Source of the DNA: the human T2T-CHM13v2.0 reference genome, Homo sapiens | Strand: one strand, 5' to 3' | Assembly: GCF_009914755.1 (NCBI RefSeq) | Contig: NC_060926.1 | DNA length: 64,000 nt | Shown here: positions 41,619 through 55,640 of the stretch, in pieces | How positions within the stretch are numbered: position 1 is the stretch's first letter | Layout of the letters: the number at the start of each line of letters is the position of its first letter | Made by a program: the position numbers and the translations under genes | The notes under the pieces: model-generated | Databases searched by the model: none | Told to the model about the DNA's origin: nothing | The model's input: the letters and a program-made list of their open reading frames with translations, nothing else

Positions 41619-42133
41619 TAAGCACCTCAGCAGGTAGTGTTTTTGTTTTTTGTTTTTGTCTGGTGGAGTAACTGGAACCTTTATTTCTGAAGGGTCTGGG
41701 CCATTTGTAGTCCACCTGGATTGGGCTGTTGTAGTTTCCCTTTGACCTTAATCACAGGACATGGTAATACTAAGAGATGTCCTAAGGGATCTCCTATATT
41801 CCACGCATACTCTTCCTTACCTCCACTGTGGATTAGTAGACCTACTTCGTCTTGATAGTCCATGCCAATCACCCCAGCCAACACTGTAACTCCCTTCTTA
41901 GCCTGTTCACTTGAAGGTAGGAGAAGCCCAAAGTGTCCAGGTGGCAATCTTAACTTCCAGTTTAATGGAATTGTTGTGTCTTCTCGTTGCAGCATTCCTC
42001 CCTCTGGGACTAAGACCTCTAGGCCAGCAGAACGTAATGTTGCAGGAACAGGAAGCAAAAATGTCGCTAGTGGATCATGAGGGGTGATGGTGAGTGGTGC
42101 CACTTCCACTTCCACCTCTTGATTCCTGGGCCC
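41619..42133 (-). mobile_element. HERV-L internal fragment covering the dUTPase domain (degenerate)
   Basis: ORF 41681-42115: IPLNWKLRLPPGHFGLLLP...AKKGVTVLAGVIGMDYQDEVGLLIHSGG, the ERV-L dUTPase that follows integrase. Confidence 0.9.
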
Positions 42134-42739
42134 TCATGTTGCATTGGCATCACAAGGATTCTAAATTGGCAACATCCAGAGGTAGTAGCCTTGGTACACA
42201 CATGAGCCTTTTGAAACTGTGCAGTGGTTAGTTTGGCTTCTCCATGTGAGCTTTTGAGCAGGAGTTGGTAAGTGAGAAAGCTGGATGAAAGATAAGTGGG
42301 AATTAAGTTGGGGGCTGGGGAGCAGCAAATAGAAGCTGCCTCTGGTTCTGTGGTTTTTTTTTTTAGGCCCAGTGAAAAAGATCTAGATGAAAATTTCAGG
42401 ATGTTGAATTACTACTGTTAGGTAAGTTAGAGCAATCAAAATCATAAACATCTGGACTCCAATATTGGGACTGCCAAAGTTAGTCATGCATTCACAGTAG
42501 GTCCCTTCGATGTAATCCAAAATCCCTACATTCCACTGATGTCTGCCATCAAATGACTCTGATCCACAAGGTATTACCAGAGGCCCCCAAATTTTGGAAA
42601 TTCCAATGCTAGCTTTTCTTCCCAACTGGTCAATACTGTTCCAGGCCCGTAACCAACGAAAGTATTACTAACTACCAATTAATAACCATACTCTTACTCA
42701 TCTTTCTAGTTTCCATCAGCCCCTTTAAAAATCATTTCT

Positions 42740-42968
42740 TACAATAGCAATGGTGTTCATCATACACACACACACACAAACAAAATCTCCTGTTCAAAAA
42801 ATCTCTGGTTGGCTTTACTATGTTGAACAATAAACAGTAGGCTTCTTACACTGCAATCCCAGGTCATACATGATAGAGGTCTGGTATACTCTCTCCCTTT
42901 CCTACCCACTGTCCCCAGTTCCCCTTTCCCACTTGAAGACTTTCTAATTGGATTACAGTTCTCCAGAT

Positions 42969-43014
<46 letters not shown>

Positions 43015-43805
43015 CGAGATAGAGAGAAAGAAAGAGTGACTGATTTACTTTAAGGAATTGGCTTATGTGATTGTCAAGGCTGACAAGTCAAAAATCTGCA
43101 AGGTAGAATGGCAGGTTGAAGACCCAGGGGAAGAATTGATGTTGAAGCTCTAAGTCTAAAAGAGTCTGTTCGCAGAATCGCTTCTTCCTCAGGGAAACTT
43201 CATTTTTTTCTCTTAAGATTTTCAACTGGTTGGATGAGGCCCACCCACAATACTGGGGGTCATCAGCTTTCGGCCAAGTCTACTGATTTAAAGGTTCATC
43301 TGAAATAAAAAATTCCTTCACAGCAATATTTAAACTGGTGTCTGACCAAATATTTCGGTACTGTGGCCCAGCTAAGTTGATACGTAAAATTAACCCTCAC
43401 ACCAACTGACACATGTCATTTCCTAACACTAGATGTGCTTTTAACAGCTCCGAATGTTGGTTATCACTTATCTTAGGTTAGGAATGCCTTCTTTCTAGAC
43501 TTTTGAATCTTATGAGTCTGTCTATTTAAAAAAGGCTCAAACTTGCTGCCTCTTGTTTCATGAAATATTTTCTGGCCTTCCCAGATTGAAGTCATCAAAA
43601 CTTCTTCATCCTCTTAGAGTGTTACACTTTACCTTAGCAATTCTCAGATCATGGCTTGGATTCCAGTCATTGGTGTGCATGTGTGTTTCCTCCAGTGGGG
43701 TTTATCCTGCTGGAGGGGAGCACATTTTGTTTTGTTTATCTTAGGGAACAAGTGCAGAGTCAGATGTTCACTAAATTGTGTAGAGTCAGGAGTCAATAAA
43801 TACAA
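42740..43805 (+). mobile_element. L2 3' fragment interrupted by MLT2D
   Basis: ctcctgttcaaaaa...ggaatgccttct...caataaatac tail. Confidence 0.55.
42949..43401 (-). mobile_element. MLT2D-type (ERVL) solo LTR with (TG)n at 42975-43011
   Basis: ttaaggaattggcttatgtgattgt; ends ctaagttgatacgtaaaattaaccctcaca. Confidence 0.85.
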
Positions 43806-44376
43806 GATAAAGTCATAAGCCCAATATGAATTAGATTATCATGAAAAGTTATTTGTTATTGTCTTGCATTTTGAACTGCAGGCAAAGGTCTTGAGGTTGT
43901 GCCAAATTCCTTGCCTGAGCTTTGGGGTGGAAGGCTTTCTTTTGACTTGGTAAGCATGAGCTGGTAAATTCTTATCCTTAAGGTTTCACACAGGTGCTAA
44001 AAGAGGAAAATGGATATTAGAATATGTCTCTTTCTTCTGCAAGTGAGTAAAGCTGGTGAGTGTGCTCCACTCTGTGAGTGATGTGTGTTCAGATATTTCA
44101 GCACAAGAGCAGGCATTACAGAGAGACTCATTGGTCTCACATCTGTCATTCTACATCTGTCTCCGCTGCTGAAGGAGTGTTCAGCATTGGGAGAAAAAAA
44201 AAAAACCATCCCCACACACCAAACAACCAGCCTTTCCGTGTTGCTCTTGTTTTGCTCGTTTATCTCTCCCCAAAGAAGTTATGAGCTCATCTCAAGGCAG
44301 TCTAAGTAAAATCCCCAGGGATAACCTGCACGATGTTTGTATATGTTATACAACCTGCTTCCTTTTGTCCCCCAGA

Positions 44377-44800
44377 TTTATTGAGGTATATTTACAAATA
44401 AAAATTGCATGAGTTTGCAGTATACAATGCAATGTCTTGATCTATGTATACATTGTGAAATTAGTACCACAATCAAGTTAATTAGCATATTAGTCACCTA
44501 AAATAGTTATCCTTTGTGTGTGTGTGTGGAAAGAATATTAAAGATCGACTCTCTTAGCAATTTTTGAGTATGCAATATGTTATTATTAACTGTAGTCATC
44601 CTGCACAATACAACTCCAGACTTTGTTCATTGTCTAACTGAAACTCTGTAACCTCTGAGCAACATTTCCCCCAATTCCCCAGTCCCCATTTCCTTGAAAC
44701 CACCATTCTACTCTCTGCTTCTATGAGCTCCACTTTCTTAGATTCCACATAAAGTGAGATCATAGAGTATTTGTCTTTTTTATGCCTGGCTATTTCTCAC
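44377..44800 (-). mobile_element. L1MA (8/9-like) 3' end
   Basis: tttattgaggtata...tatacattgtgaaa...accattctactctctgcttctatgag...tagattccacataaagtgagatcat. Confidence 0.82.
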
Positions 44801-44888
44801 AGAGTAATTAGATTAGCTTGTTTTTATTGACTTGTATAAATAGCGAAACAAAAGAAAAACAGAGAGAAATGGAAATAGACAAATCATT

Positions 44889-44895
44889 GTGTGCA

Positions 44896-44942
<47 letters not shown>
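44889..44942. repeat. Compound (TG)n(AG)n microsatellite
   Basis: Directly visible. Confidence 0.95.
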
Positions 44943-46727
44943 TTTTATTTTAATCTGGGAAAACAAGATTTTCCCTGAGCTTAGATTGTGAATCAATAGT
45001 ATATGAATGATTGCAAAACTTTAACATGGAGTGGGGGTAGGGAGAGAACTCCAGCTAATAATTACATATTCTACTGAATGCTAATGATGAAGAATAGCAT
45101 ACCTGTCTTCCACCCATTTAAAAATAAACCCATGTATTTAAGAAATGAAAATACAATAAGAACACATGCTGGTCTACCATTAACAAGTGTTAACATTATG
45201 TTTACCCCTGGAATTCTCTTGCCTCTTATAAAATCTGGATACTGCTGAAATTTCTAGAGGGATTGTTTGGCTTCTAAAGAAACATGGAAGGAGAGGCAGT
45301 GTTGATGTGAACATCCAGAAATGGGGCAGTTGTCGTTAGGTATTATTTCCGTTTTTCAGTGCAGACTCTCCCCTTAATTCTCTGGAATGATCTGAGGCTT
45401 TAATATAATTTCGCATTAGTACTTGGGATTTAATAGAGACGGGATAAATGTTTGCTCAAATGAGCTGACAGTTACTTTTATCAGACTTAGTACTTGTCTT
45501 CATTTCAAAAAGATTTTGAAGGACTGGGGTGAAGGGGTGTAGGAGAGTTCTTTGGGATTTCTAACTCTGTTGTCAACAGCCCATCATGTCAAAAGATGAC
45601 TGCACAGTTAGAACTGACAAAACTGTGACACTCTGCCAACCTTTACATTTCAGAGAGTCAGCAAAGACATCCCAGACATTCACTGTTAAAGCAATATGCC
45701 TTCAGAACCTCAAGACATTTCACCTCTTTGGAACCCACCTCTCCACTTTCCTCTCCTCTTACTGTAAATTAAATTATGCCTAATATTTGCAGCATTAACA
45801 ACACAAAACTACACAAACAATCTAAATCAGATTAATCAATCTGTTCTCATGACTTAATTGGGCCCCCTTCTGTATAACTGTTATTGGTAAGATGAGTGAT
45901 TTTAAGGAACTTAACAAAATAAAATTCTTAACAAAATAAATTATATAGACAAATCAACCTTACTGAGGCTGTAGGCAGTGAAGTAGGGTCTCCATTTGTT
46001 CTTAACCTGTTTGCCTTTTGAGATAGGATAATGGATTTACTCACACATTTTTCATTTACTTGTCAGCCTTGTGAGAGGCTTATGATACTACTTGGATACA
46101 AAAGGATAACAGTTGAGGGTCAAATGGAGAATAGGATGAACTAAGAATAGCCACTTCAGGAAATGTGCTTTAATTCCAGACTCAAACCAGGGCCCTCACA
46201 ACTGAGCAAGTCAGAATAAAATTTCTTTCTTTGCTTACTCCTCCCCAAGTAGCTCTTTGCTCTTTAAAATTTGCTTCTTTTAGATTTATCTGTAGTCCAA
46301 GTATGACCCCACAGACCAATAATTCCATTCTGAATCCACTAATCTTTATCTTTGAGACTCTTATATGTAATTGCTGTTTGCAGAATAAGCCTTCTAGGTG
46401 CCTGTTGGATATCTGAAGAGCCAAATTCCTTTGGAGTACATAGTATTTTCTAGCCTTAGTTATTCTGCAAATGAATAAACTCTATGTTGTAGACTTTAAG
46501 TGTAAAAAACAGGAAGATTGTAGAGAGGGAGATTTTTGTTTCTGCTATTACTGATGAGATAATAGCAAAGAGAGATGAGAGGCAAGAATGGCCAACACAT
46601 TGATTTCATCGTGTTCAGACTAATGATCTAAAAGTAACCTGGAATTTCTGATGCTTATTTAAATTTTCCCAATTTTTAGACTACCAGTCTCATTAAGACA
46701 TCAAAATAACATCCATCAGCATGTAAC

Positions 46728-47053
<326 letters not shown>

Positions 47054-47298
47054 CATCAGCATGTATCTTTAGCATGTATGTGCCAAAAGAAGATCTGTTT
47101 AACTTGTTTCCTGCTGTATCTCTAGTGCTCAAAATATAATGAGCTCAATATGTACTTGTTAAATAAATAAATGAACATTATTATAGCAGCTGTACTAATT
47201 TGGGGTTGAGCTGTCAGCTACTGGGATTAAAACTCATCTGTGTAAGACTAATGAACTGGTGTGTCAGCTCAAAAAAAGATTCTTTAAGATTGAGGAAC

Positions 47299-48580
47299 TG
47301 GGTAAGTAGCATTCTAAAGATTTCTCCCTGAGATTTACATCCTCTAGTTATGCAATTAAACATGAATCTAGTCCCCTTGAAAGGATTATGCAGATTATGC
47401 AGTAATTCAGGTTACTTTATAAGTAATTCAGGTTACTTTCTTAAAATAGGAAGAGTGGCTTGGATTATCCAGGTGCACCTAATCTAATCACATGCTACCT
47501 TAAAAGCAGAGAATGCACTCTAGCTGGTTGAAGATCAAGAAGTCAGCAGAGACAAGCAGAGGAAAGGTAAAGCCAAAGGAGGTATCAGAGATATCAGAAC
47601 AGGAAAAGGCCTCATTATATTAGCAGCAGTGAATCCGTAATGGTCTGCAGCAACCTCAATTTTTGCCTCTTCAAAAAGAGATGGAAATTCAACCAAGGGC
47701 CATAACGCAGAAGGAGAGACCAAGGCAAGTTTTAGAGCAGAAGTGAAAGTTTATTTAAAAGTTTTAGAGCAGAAATGAAAGGAAGTAAGTTACACTTGAA
47801 AGAGGGCCGAGAGGGAGACTTGAGAGAGTCAAGTGCCCGGTTTGACCTTTGACTTGATGTCTCATATGTTGGCATGCTTCTGGGGGTCTGCCTCTCTTCT
47901 CCCCTGATTCTTCCCTTAGGGTGGGCTGTCTGCATGTGCGGTAGCCTGCCAGCACTTGGGAGGGGCCGCATGCACAGTGTGTTTACTGGAGTTGTGCTTA
48001 TGCTCACTTGAGGTGTTTTTCCTTTCCTAGAAGAAGGTCATACACCAGTTAAACTCCACCATTTTTCCTCTTAGTGCGCATGCTCAAGCCCACTTGCCCA
48101 ACTCCTGACATCTTATTGGGAGGTTGCTGATCACCAGTTTCAGGTTTTGTCTGTCTATTGGGAGATTGCCTTTCCCTGATACCAGCTGTGACCAGTTATT
48201 ATTTTAGAGGGACAGTTTACCAACCACTTGCCCATCACCTAATGGTTGCCTGACATTCCTGTTGGCAGGGGCCTTCTCCTGCCCTGCTCATGTCTACCTG
48301 AGTGCTTACTATAACAATTACTGGCTTTGAAGATGGAGAAAGGGAGCCACAAGCTGAGAAATGTGAACTACCTCTAGAAGCTGAGAATGCCTCTAAGCTG
48401 ACAGCCAGCAAGGAGACTGACCTCAGTCATACAACCCCATAGGGCTGAATTCTGCCAGCAACTTGAATGATTCAAATCCTTGGAAGCAAAGTCATCCCCA
48501 GAACTTCCATAAAGAATCACAGTCCTGCCCACCTCTTGCTTTCTGCCCTGTGATCTCCAAGACAGAGATCAAGCTGAGCC
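47299..48580 (+). mobile_element. MLT1E-type MaLR LTR split by MER50
   Basis: ggattatccaggtg...ctaatctaatcacatg on the left; ctggctttgaagatggag...ctctagaagctgaga...ctgaattctgccagcaac on the right; 18-bp near-tandem duplication at 47401-47439. Confidence 0.75.
47618..48316 (-). mobile_element. MER50 (ERV1) solo LTR
   Basis: Minus-strand start TGTTATAGTAAG...AGACATGAGCAGGGCAGGAGA; 4-bp TSD ATTA (47614-47617, 48317-48320). Confidence 0.85.
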
Positions 48581-48829
48581 AGGCTGTGGCTGGTGTAAAA
48601 ACCAATGGGAAAGAAGTAAAAAAAAGATGGTAACACAAGTTTGATCCTGGCAGAAGCTCAGTGATCAGGAGGGGTGAAACTGAACTTGGCTTATATGTTG
48701 TAATCAAGATTTACAGATACAGTGAGACACATAAAAACACTGCTTTGGAACCTGATAATTACAAGGTAAGAGCAAAAATAGTAAAAATTTTCACTACCCA
48801 CTATGCAATGGAATATCCTGTCACCCTGG

Positions 48830-50560
48830 TACCTAGAGTGCACAGGTGCCCAACAGAGTTAGCAACGTTCAGTGGGGCTATTAAGCCACAGCTGACACGG
48901 AACAGGAAATGCAGATGCACACTCCCCCATAGCTCCAGACTCTTTGCCACTGAATATTGCTGCTTGAATGCCCAATAGGACAGCCATGATTCTTCTCTTC
49001 TCCCAAATCTACTTTTCAAGTCTATACCATCTTAATAGATGGCACCACTACCATCTTTCTAAGACCAGAAATTTTGAAATCATGCTTAATTCCATTCTTA
49101 CCCTCATATCGCACATGATGCAGGATGCATCCCATTCCTTAATGACTTTTCTTTTATTCTAATTATATTGCAAACCTATTACTCTGCTCAGCACCTCTAC
49201 TACCGCAACCCTAGTCCTAGCAAACTAAGCTATTGTTTGGAATCTCAAACCTGCTTCTTAACTTGTTTCTCTACCTCCACACTTTGCCCAATATGCTTCC
49301 ACAATGATCGTCACCATTTTTAAATAGTTCATCTGCCACACAGAAGCCGAACGTCTTTCTAAATGATAAATTAGATTATGTTCTTTCACTGCTTGAAATA
49401 CTTCCATGCAACCAGAATAAAATATAAACTCCATTCTCTAGCCTACAAAGTCTTAACAATCTTGCCCCAGTCTTCCTCTTCACCCCCATCTTTCTCTATT
49501 CTCTCCAAATTTTATTGTACCCCAGTCATTCCTGCCTATTTATGTCTGTTGAACAACTCAGTCGTGATCCTCTTTCGAGGCCTTGGTACTCACTCCTTTC
49601 TCTGCTTGGAATTTTCACATTGTCTTCTCACATCTCAAGTCAAACATCACTTTCTTAGACAGTGTACACTTCATGTTCTACCTAAAGTACTCCCTGAATG
49701 CATTAACTTATTTTATTTTCCTTAAAGAACATTCTGTTTTGAATTTTATTATAAAATGTTTATTTCTTTATTTATTCATTTCTTATCCACTTGTTGATGG
49801 TCTGTGTCCTTTTAAAGATAAGATACAAATTTAAGATAAAAGGCTTAGTTTGATTTCTTGAAAATGAGGAAAGATACTTCTCCTCTCTTTTCTTGAAGCA
49901 TTTACTTTAAAACACTTGCAATTGGAAGCTCTTTCTCTGCCTCCTAAAATGTATATAAATCTCTTTAAAAGCTTAATAAGGACCTTGCCAATTATACCAC
50001 GAGAATGTTTCCTAAGGCTCTGAGAGCCATCTCTTTGAAATATAATCATCAAGGAAGATGGTGTGTCTGTCTCCCAGTTTTCTGGGAAGATAGGATTCTA
50101 ACTTCAGCTGGGGTTTGGCTCCAAGTTGCAAACCTACCACAGGTTGTAGAAACATGAGAAAATAATTATTTTATTTTAAAGACAATTGACAACCACAGGT
50201 GGCTACCCCAATTGCCAAGTAAATTTAGGTTAGACTATATACAACAAATGTTGCTGTCAAGTCCTCTTACTTGAGAAATAGTTATTGTTTACCTTGATAT
50301 CACGCATGTAAGTGATCGTATCTGCTTAACTCCCTAAAAGAATGAGATTTATTTCTGTCTTCGCAGTCTCTTAACAGATTGGCTGTGATGTGCATCACAT
50401 TTTGATTTAATGCTTCTCCAATAATAAAGGTTTTGTTTCTCTTTTACTTTTGTAGAGAGATTTTCTGGGGGGAGGTAATGGGTTTTTTTATAATTATATT
50501 TCCCCATCGTTGTTTCACTAAAATGTAAGCTCCACTAGGGTGAGGGCATTTGCTATAATC
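48830..50560 (+). mobile_element. L2 fragment interrupted by a MER67-like LTR
   Basis: atggcaccactacc, gcctacaaagtc, aatgtaagctccactaggg are L2 3' motifs. Confidence 0.65.
49811..50507 (+). mobile_element. MER67-like (ERV1) solo LTR
   Basis: ataagatacaaatt start, gcatttacttt...aaatgtatataaatc, AATAAA, ends taattatatttcccca. Confidence 0.65.
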
Positions 50561-51034
50561 TCCAACCTGTACACCAGTCCTGGACACTCGGTAGATACTC
50601 CATAAAAATAGTTGCAAACTAACAGATCAGCAAAAGTGGCAATACTTCAAGCAGAGGTAAGGCTGCTGAATGACTGGGAAGCTCCTGAAGGCCACAGTGG
50701 TACTCTACAGAGATAATCAAGCTGGAAAACATGGATGAAGGCCAGAGGAACAAGGAATGGGGAGCACAGAGCTTACTGGTTTCATTTCAGAGCACACATG
50801 AGAGACTTCCAGGATATTCCAGACGTTGTTTTGGAACATCTCTGCAGGTACTTTAGCAGATGATTACAAGATACTGCAGAAGTTAAGTTAGAAACAAAGT
50901 TGACATTTTTTTCTGACAAAATCTGACAAGAAAATATCTTGGATCAAACTGTTTCTGCCCAAGTGAAAGAAAGTTTAATTTGTTTCCCATTTAGTGACTA
51001 AATGTTATAGAAAATATAAAAGTAAACAAAACAC

Positions 51035-51301
51035 CACTTTGGAGGCCGAGATTTGGGAGGCGGATCACCTGAGGTCAGGAGTTCGAGACCAGCCTGACCA
51101 ATATGATGAAACCATCTCTACTAAAAATACAAAAATTAGCTGGGTGCGGTGGTGTGCACCTGTAGTCCCAGCTACTCAGGAGGCTGAGTCAGGAGAATTG
51201 CTTGATCCTGGGTCATGGTGGTTGCAGTGAGCTGAGATTGCACCATTACACTCCAGTCTGGACGAAAGAGCGAGGCTCTGTCAAAAAAAAAAAAAAAAAA
51301 A
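51035..51301 (+). mobile_element. AluS (Sp-like), 5'-truncated
   Basis: Starts at cactttggaggccgag; cctgaccaa; A-tail; TSD aaaagtaaacaaa (51018-51030, 51302-51314). Confidence 0.9.
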
Positions 51302-51478
51302 AAAAGTAAACAAAGCAGAAGCAGTAAAAAATATTGTAAAGTGCTCCTTGGTCTTCATAACTGAAGAAAAGAAATAGAGGGCCATTGAAACGTCAAGATT
51401 ATTGTGTTTGACATGTGCTTTGGAAGTTTAAATACGGAATTAACTAAACTATAAAAATTACTGATTCTCTCTTTGTTT

Positions 51479-52465
<987 letters not shown>

Positions 52466-53379
52466 GTTACATACAATTACAAGCACTTGCATTTGTTTAT
52501 AATATTAGCTTATTTATGCATAGAAAAAATCTTTACGTCTCCTACATTAAAAATAGATAAGATGGACAATGAATAAGCAACCTTCAGCTGTAGACTTAGT
52601 ACTGAGACATCCGGACTACGTTAAAGTGAACAATAAAACCGAGCTTCGAAATACTTCTGGCATATGACTTCTGCAGTTTAAAGAACATTCTTACAGGCTC
52701 TAGAATCCTGCTAGAGTCTAGGACACTATGCTGAAGATGTGGTTGGAGTGCAGGGAGGTGAATAAAAGTGGGAAGGTAAAGTATTCTAAATTCTCACAGA
52801 AGATAAATGGCTCATCAAGATGAAAGCCAAGAGTGGCCCACAATCAATTTTAGACACATGTCGAACTCCATGAAGTTCAGTGTTTGCTTTTATAGTAGAA
52901 AATAACAATTATTTCTCTTTCCCTGAACTATCCTTTTATGATTTTTCCACTAGTACTTAAAATTTTCCTTCAGGCACTTTTCTAGAATTTTTTGGAAGCT
53001 TTTAGCAGTGTAAGGTGCCCTTGGGTATGAATTAAGCCAATGCTGAATGCCCCTACACAGGTACTTATTCAGTAGAGTCTTATCAGCAGAGAACAAGGAA
53101 TGCTACGACTTATTGAAAATAGGCTTTCTCTCCTCTAGGTTTCATGGAAGAGGAGATTTTGAAGAGATGAGTCATGTAGCTTCTGGAAGGGAATTTAAAA
53201 GGATAATACCAAGAAGGTCCTGGAGATACGGGATTGAAAATATTTTAATTATTTCTGTCAACAACAAAAAATGTTAATAGTAAAGCAAGCACTGAATTGT
53301 TGAGAGGTCAAGGAAGGTCTGTGTATTGTTTGCTAAGGATAATTAGTTGGATCATTGTAAGATTTTAAAATAATGTTTA

Positions 53380-53615
53380 AGACAATGGGTTTAAATGAGT
53401 CATGAAAATCTGGTTGTAATTTAACTTTACCACTTGCAAAATGTATGACTTTGGGAAAGTTACTTATAGTTCCCAAGCCTTAGTTTGTCATTGAAAAACT
53501 GAAGATAATAATACCCACATCCCATCCAATTGTTGAGTACTCAATATGATTTTATATGTAGAGGATAAAACAAAGTAGCTAGTAGATAATAAGCATTCAG
53601 AAATAATTGCTGTTA
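53380..53615 (+). mobile_element. MIR
   Basis: tgactttgggaaagttactta...gccttagttt...ataataataccc. Confidence 0.7.
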
Positions 53616-53799
53616 GTAATGATCATAATAATAGCTATGAATGTCCCAAGCCACATACTCAGGGGTGCAAAAAAAAAAAAAAAAGAAAACTTCTTACAGT
53701 TTTTAACTTCTTTTATAAATTGCTATCATACATGATGACAGACTGATCTTCTCATTTCCAAATAAACCCAGACACTTCTGAATTTCTTATTTATTTCCA

Positions 53800-54250
53800 G
53801 TTTAAAGTCAAAGCATGATTTCTATTCTTTTTTTCTCCCTGTAGTGGTATTTGAGGTTTTGGGTGTCAGAAAGTAGAGAAAAGGCATTTCCCATGCTCTC
53901 GTCCAATTATACTCATATTACCTCAAACTTTAGGTATTTTTATAATAATGGGTTGAAAGTTACCTTTCCCTATACTTTCCAAATTACCCATTCTTTTAAG
54001 GCATTTTGGTGCTTTCTAGTGAGAAGTGTGAACTCATTCTTCTGTGGGTGACAGCACTTTTTCCTCTTTGGAAACTTTTTAAAATTTTCATTCATGAAGC
54101 TGTGAAAATTCATCATATTTTGGTGTGCGTCATGATCTTTGTTGTTCATCCTTTTCAGCATTCCTTTCAATTTGACCATTTGAGATTACTTTCAGCTGTT
54201 GAAAATTCTCTTGTATTATTTCTTTAATAACTTCTTCCCATCCATTTTTC
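53800..54250 (-). mobile_element. HAL1 / ancient L1 ORF1-like fragment
   Basis: Minus-strand translation loosely resembles the ORF1 C-terminal domain, with many stops. Confidence 0.45.
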
Positions 54251-55257
54251 TCTATGCGTTAGCAAACCTGTACATAAAACTTAGTTAAAAAGTTTGATTA
54301 TTTTCTTAGGATAATCCCTGGAAGTGAAAATAGTTGGGTAAAGGTAATGCCTATTTCATGACATTTTATAGGTAATATTTAATTATTCTCTTGAATGGCT
54401 GGACCAATTTACATTTCCTACTTAAGAATGAGAATGAAAAGACTTAGGTATTAAATAAGTCTTTAAACATAAATGGTATTTGAAGGGTGTATTTCAAGAA
54501 ATATACATAACCTTAATATCAAATGACTCATTTGCCCTTTTCTTAGTTCAATAACACATTAAAGTAATTGTATACCTTTTTTTTAAATATTACACTGTTA
54601 ATTTTATGTCAAATTTTATACATATAAGATGAAGGTCATGTTAAATATGTTTAAGTTCAGTTCTCAAGTAAGTTTTGGCTTAGATTATGAATAAATTAGA
54701 TAAAATGGAGTGATCTTAGCAAGATCTGGCTGCAGCTGTGTTTACTATTACTAAATATTTCTCCCAAGGTCAAATAAGTAAAATTAATACTTAATTCCTA
54801 GCTTACCAAAATATGATGAGTTGTAAATAAGCTAAAGGCAATAAAATGGTCTGGTTTTAGTTATAATAGCTTTGGGAGAGAAGGGCCACTTGAATCTTGC
54901 TTTCCATTCTCTGACAGGGTTACTTCCTTCTGTGCCTTGTGTGCACTTTACCAAATAAGTAGGATTTTTTTTAAAGTGGCCATTGTTAAGAGTGTTTGCT
55001 TAATCAGACAGTCTTTATGTTTTTTTTTAGATAGCCAAGGATCATTTGGTAAATATATTTCAAAAAGAACATTTTTAGAAGTATAGTGAGGCCTCATTGC
55101 TGATCTATCTATCCTCAAAATGTCATTGACAAATAAAAAGATATGAAAGGATTTTTAGGGACAAAAATTCTTGTAATTTAAAAATATTTATGCAATATAT
55201 ATTTTTGAACTCTCAGATACATACTTGAATTTTGGCCACCTGCTGACTTTTATAGTC

Positions 55258-55640
55258 TGTATCAACAGGTTCTCTTTTAACTTTTTAGTATGTTCAGCTA
55301 ATCAGAGGTATTGGTGGGAGTTTGTATGATATGAGAAGAGAAAGGCTGAGGTATCCATTTCCAGTGCTCTCTTCCTGTGGGTTGGCTGTGTTTCTCTAAA
55401 GAAGGACATACCTCCTGTTGGGTGGTAATCTCAACATCTCCTACAACTGCAACTGGTACCTACTCTCCCCTCTTGCCCATTCAGGTGTGGTATTACCACC
55501 TTTTGGATTCACCATCCCTTGTTGGTTCTCTTGGCTCTATATCCATTTCAGTAAATACTGTGGTTTCTTAATTAAGTTCGTATCATTGAACCCATTTAAA
55601 TGTGACATTTTTCTCTTGCTGGGATCCTGACCATTATACT
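55258..55640 (+). mobile_element. LTR33-like (ERVL) LTR
   Basis: gttcagctaatcagagg...gctgaggtatccatttcc...ends tcttgctgggatcctgacc. Confidence 0.55.

Noticed and set aside
41681-42115. Functional cellular dUTPase gene
   Set aside because: Retroviral sequence, non-ATG start, altered motif III, frameshifted end, no promoter evidence.
41619-43401. MLT2D LTR as the 5' LTR of the HERV-L fragment
   Set aside because: The LTR sits as a solo element inside L2, about 800 bp of unrelated sequence intervenes, and no gag-pol lies between them.
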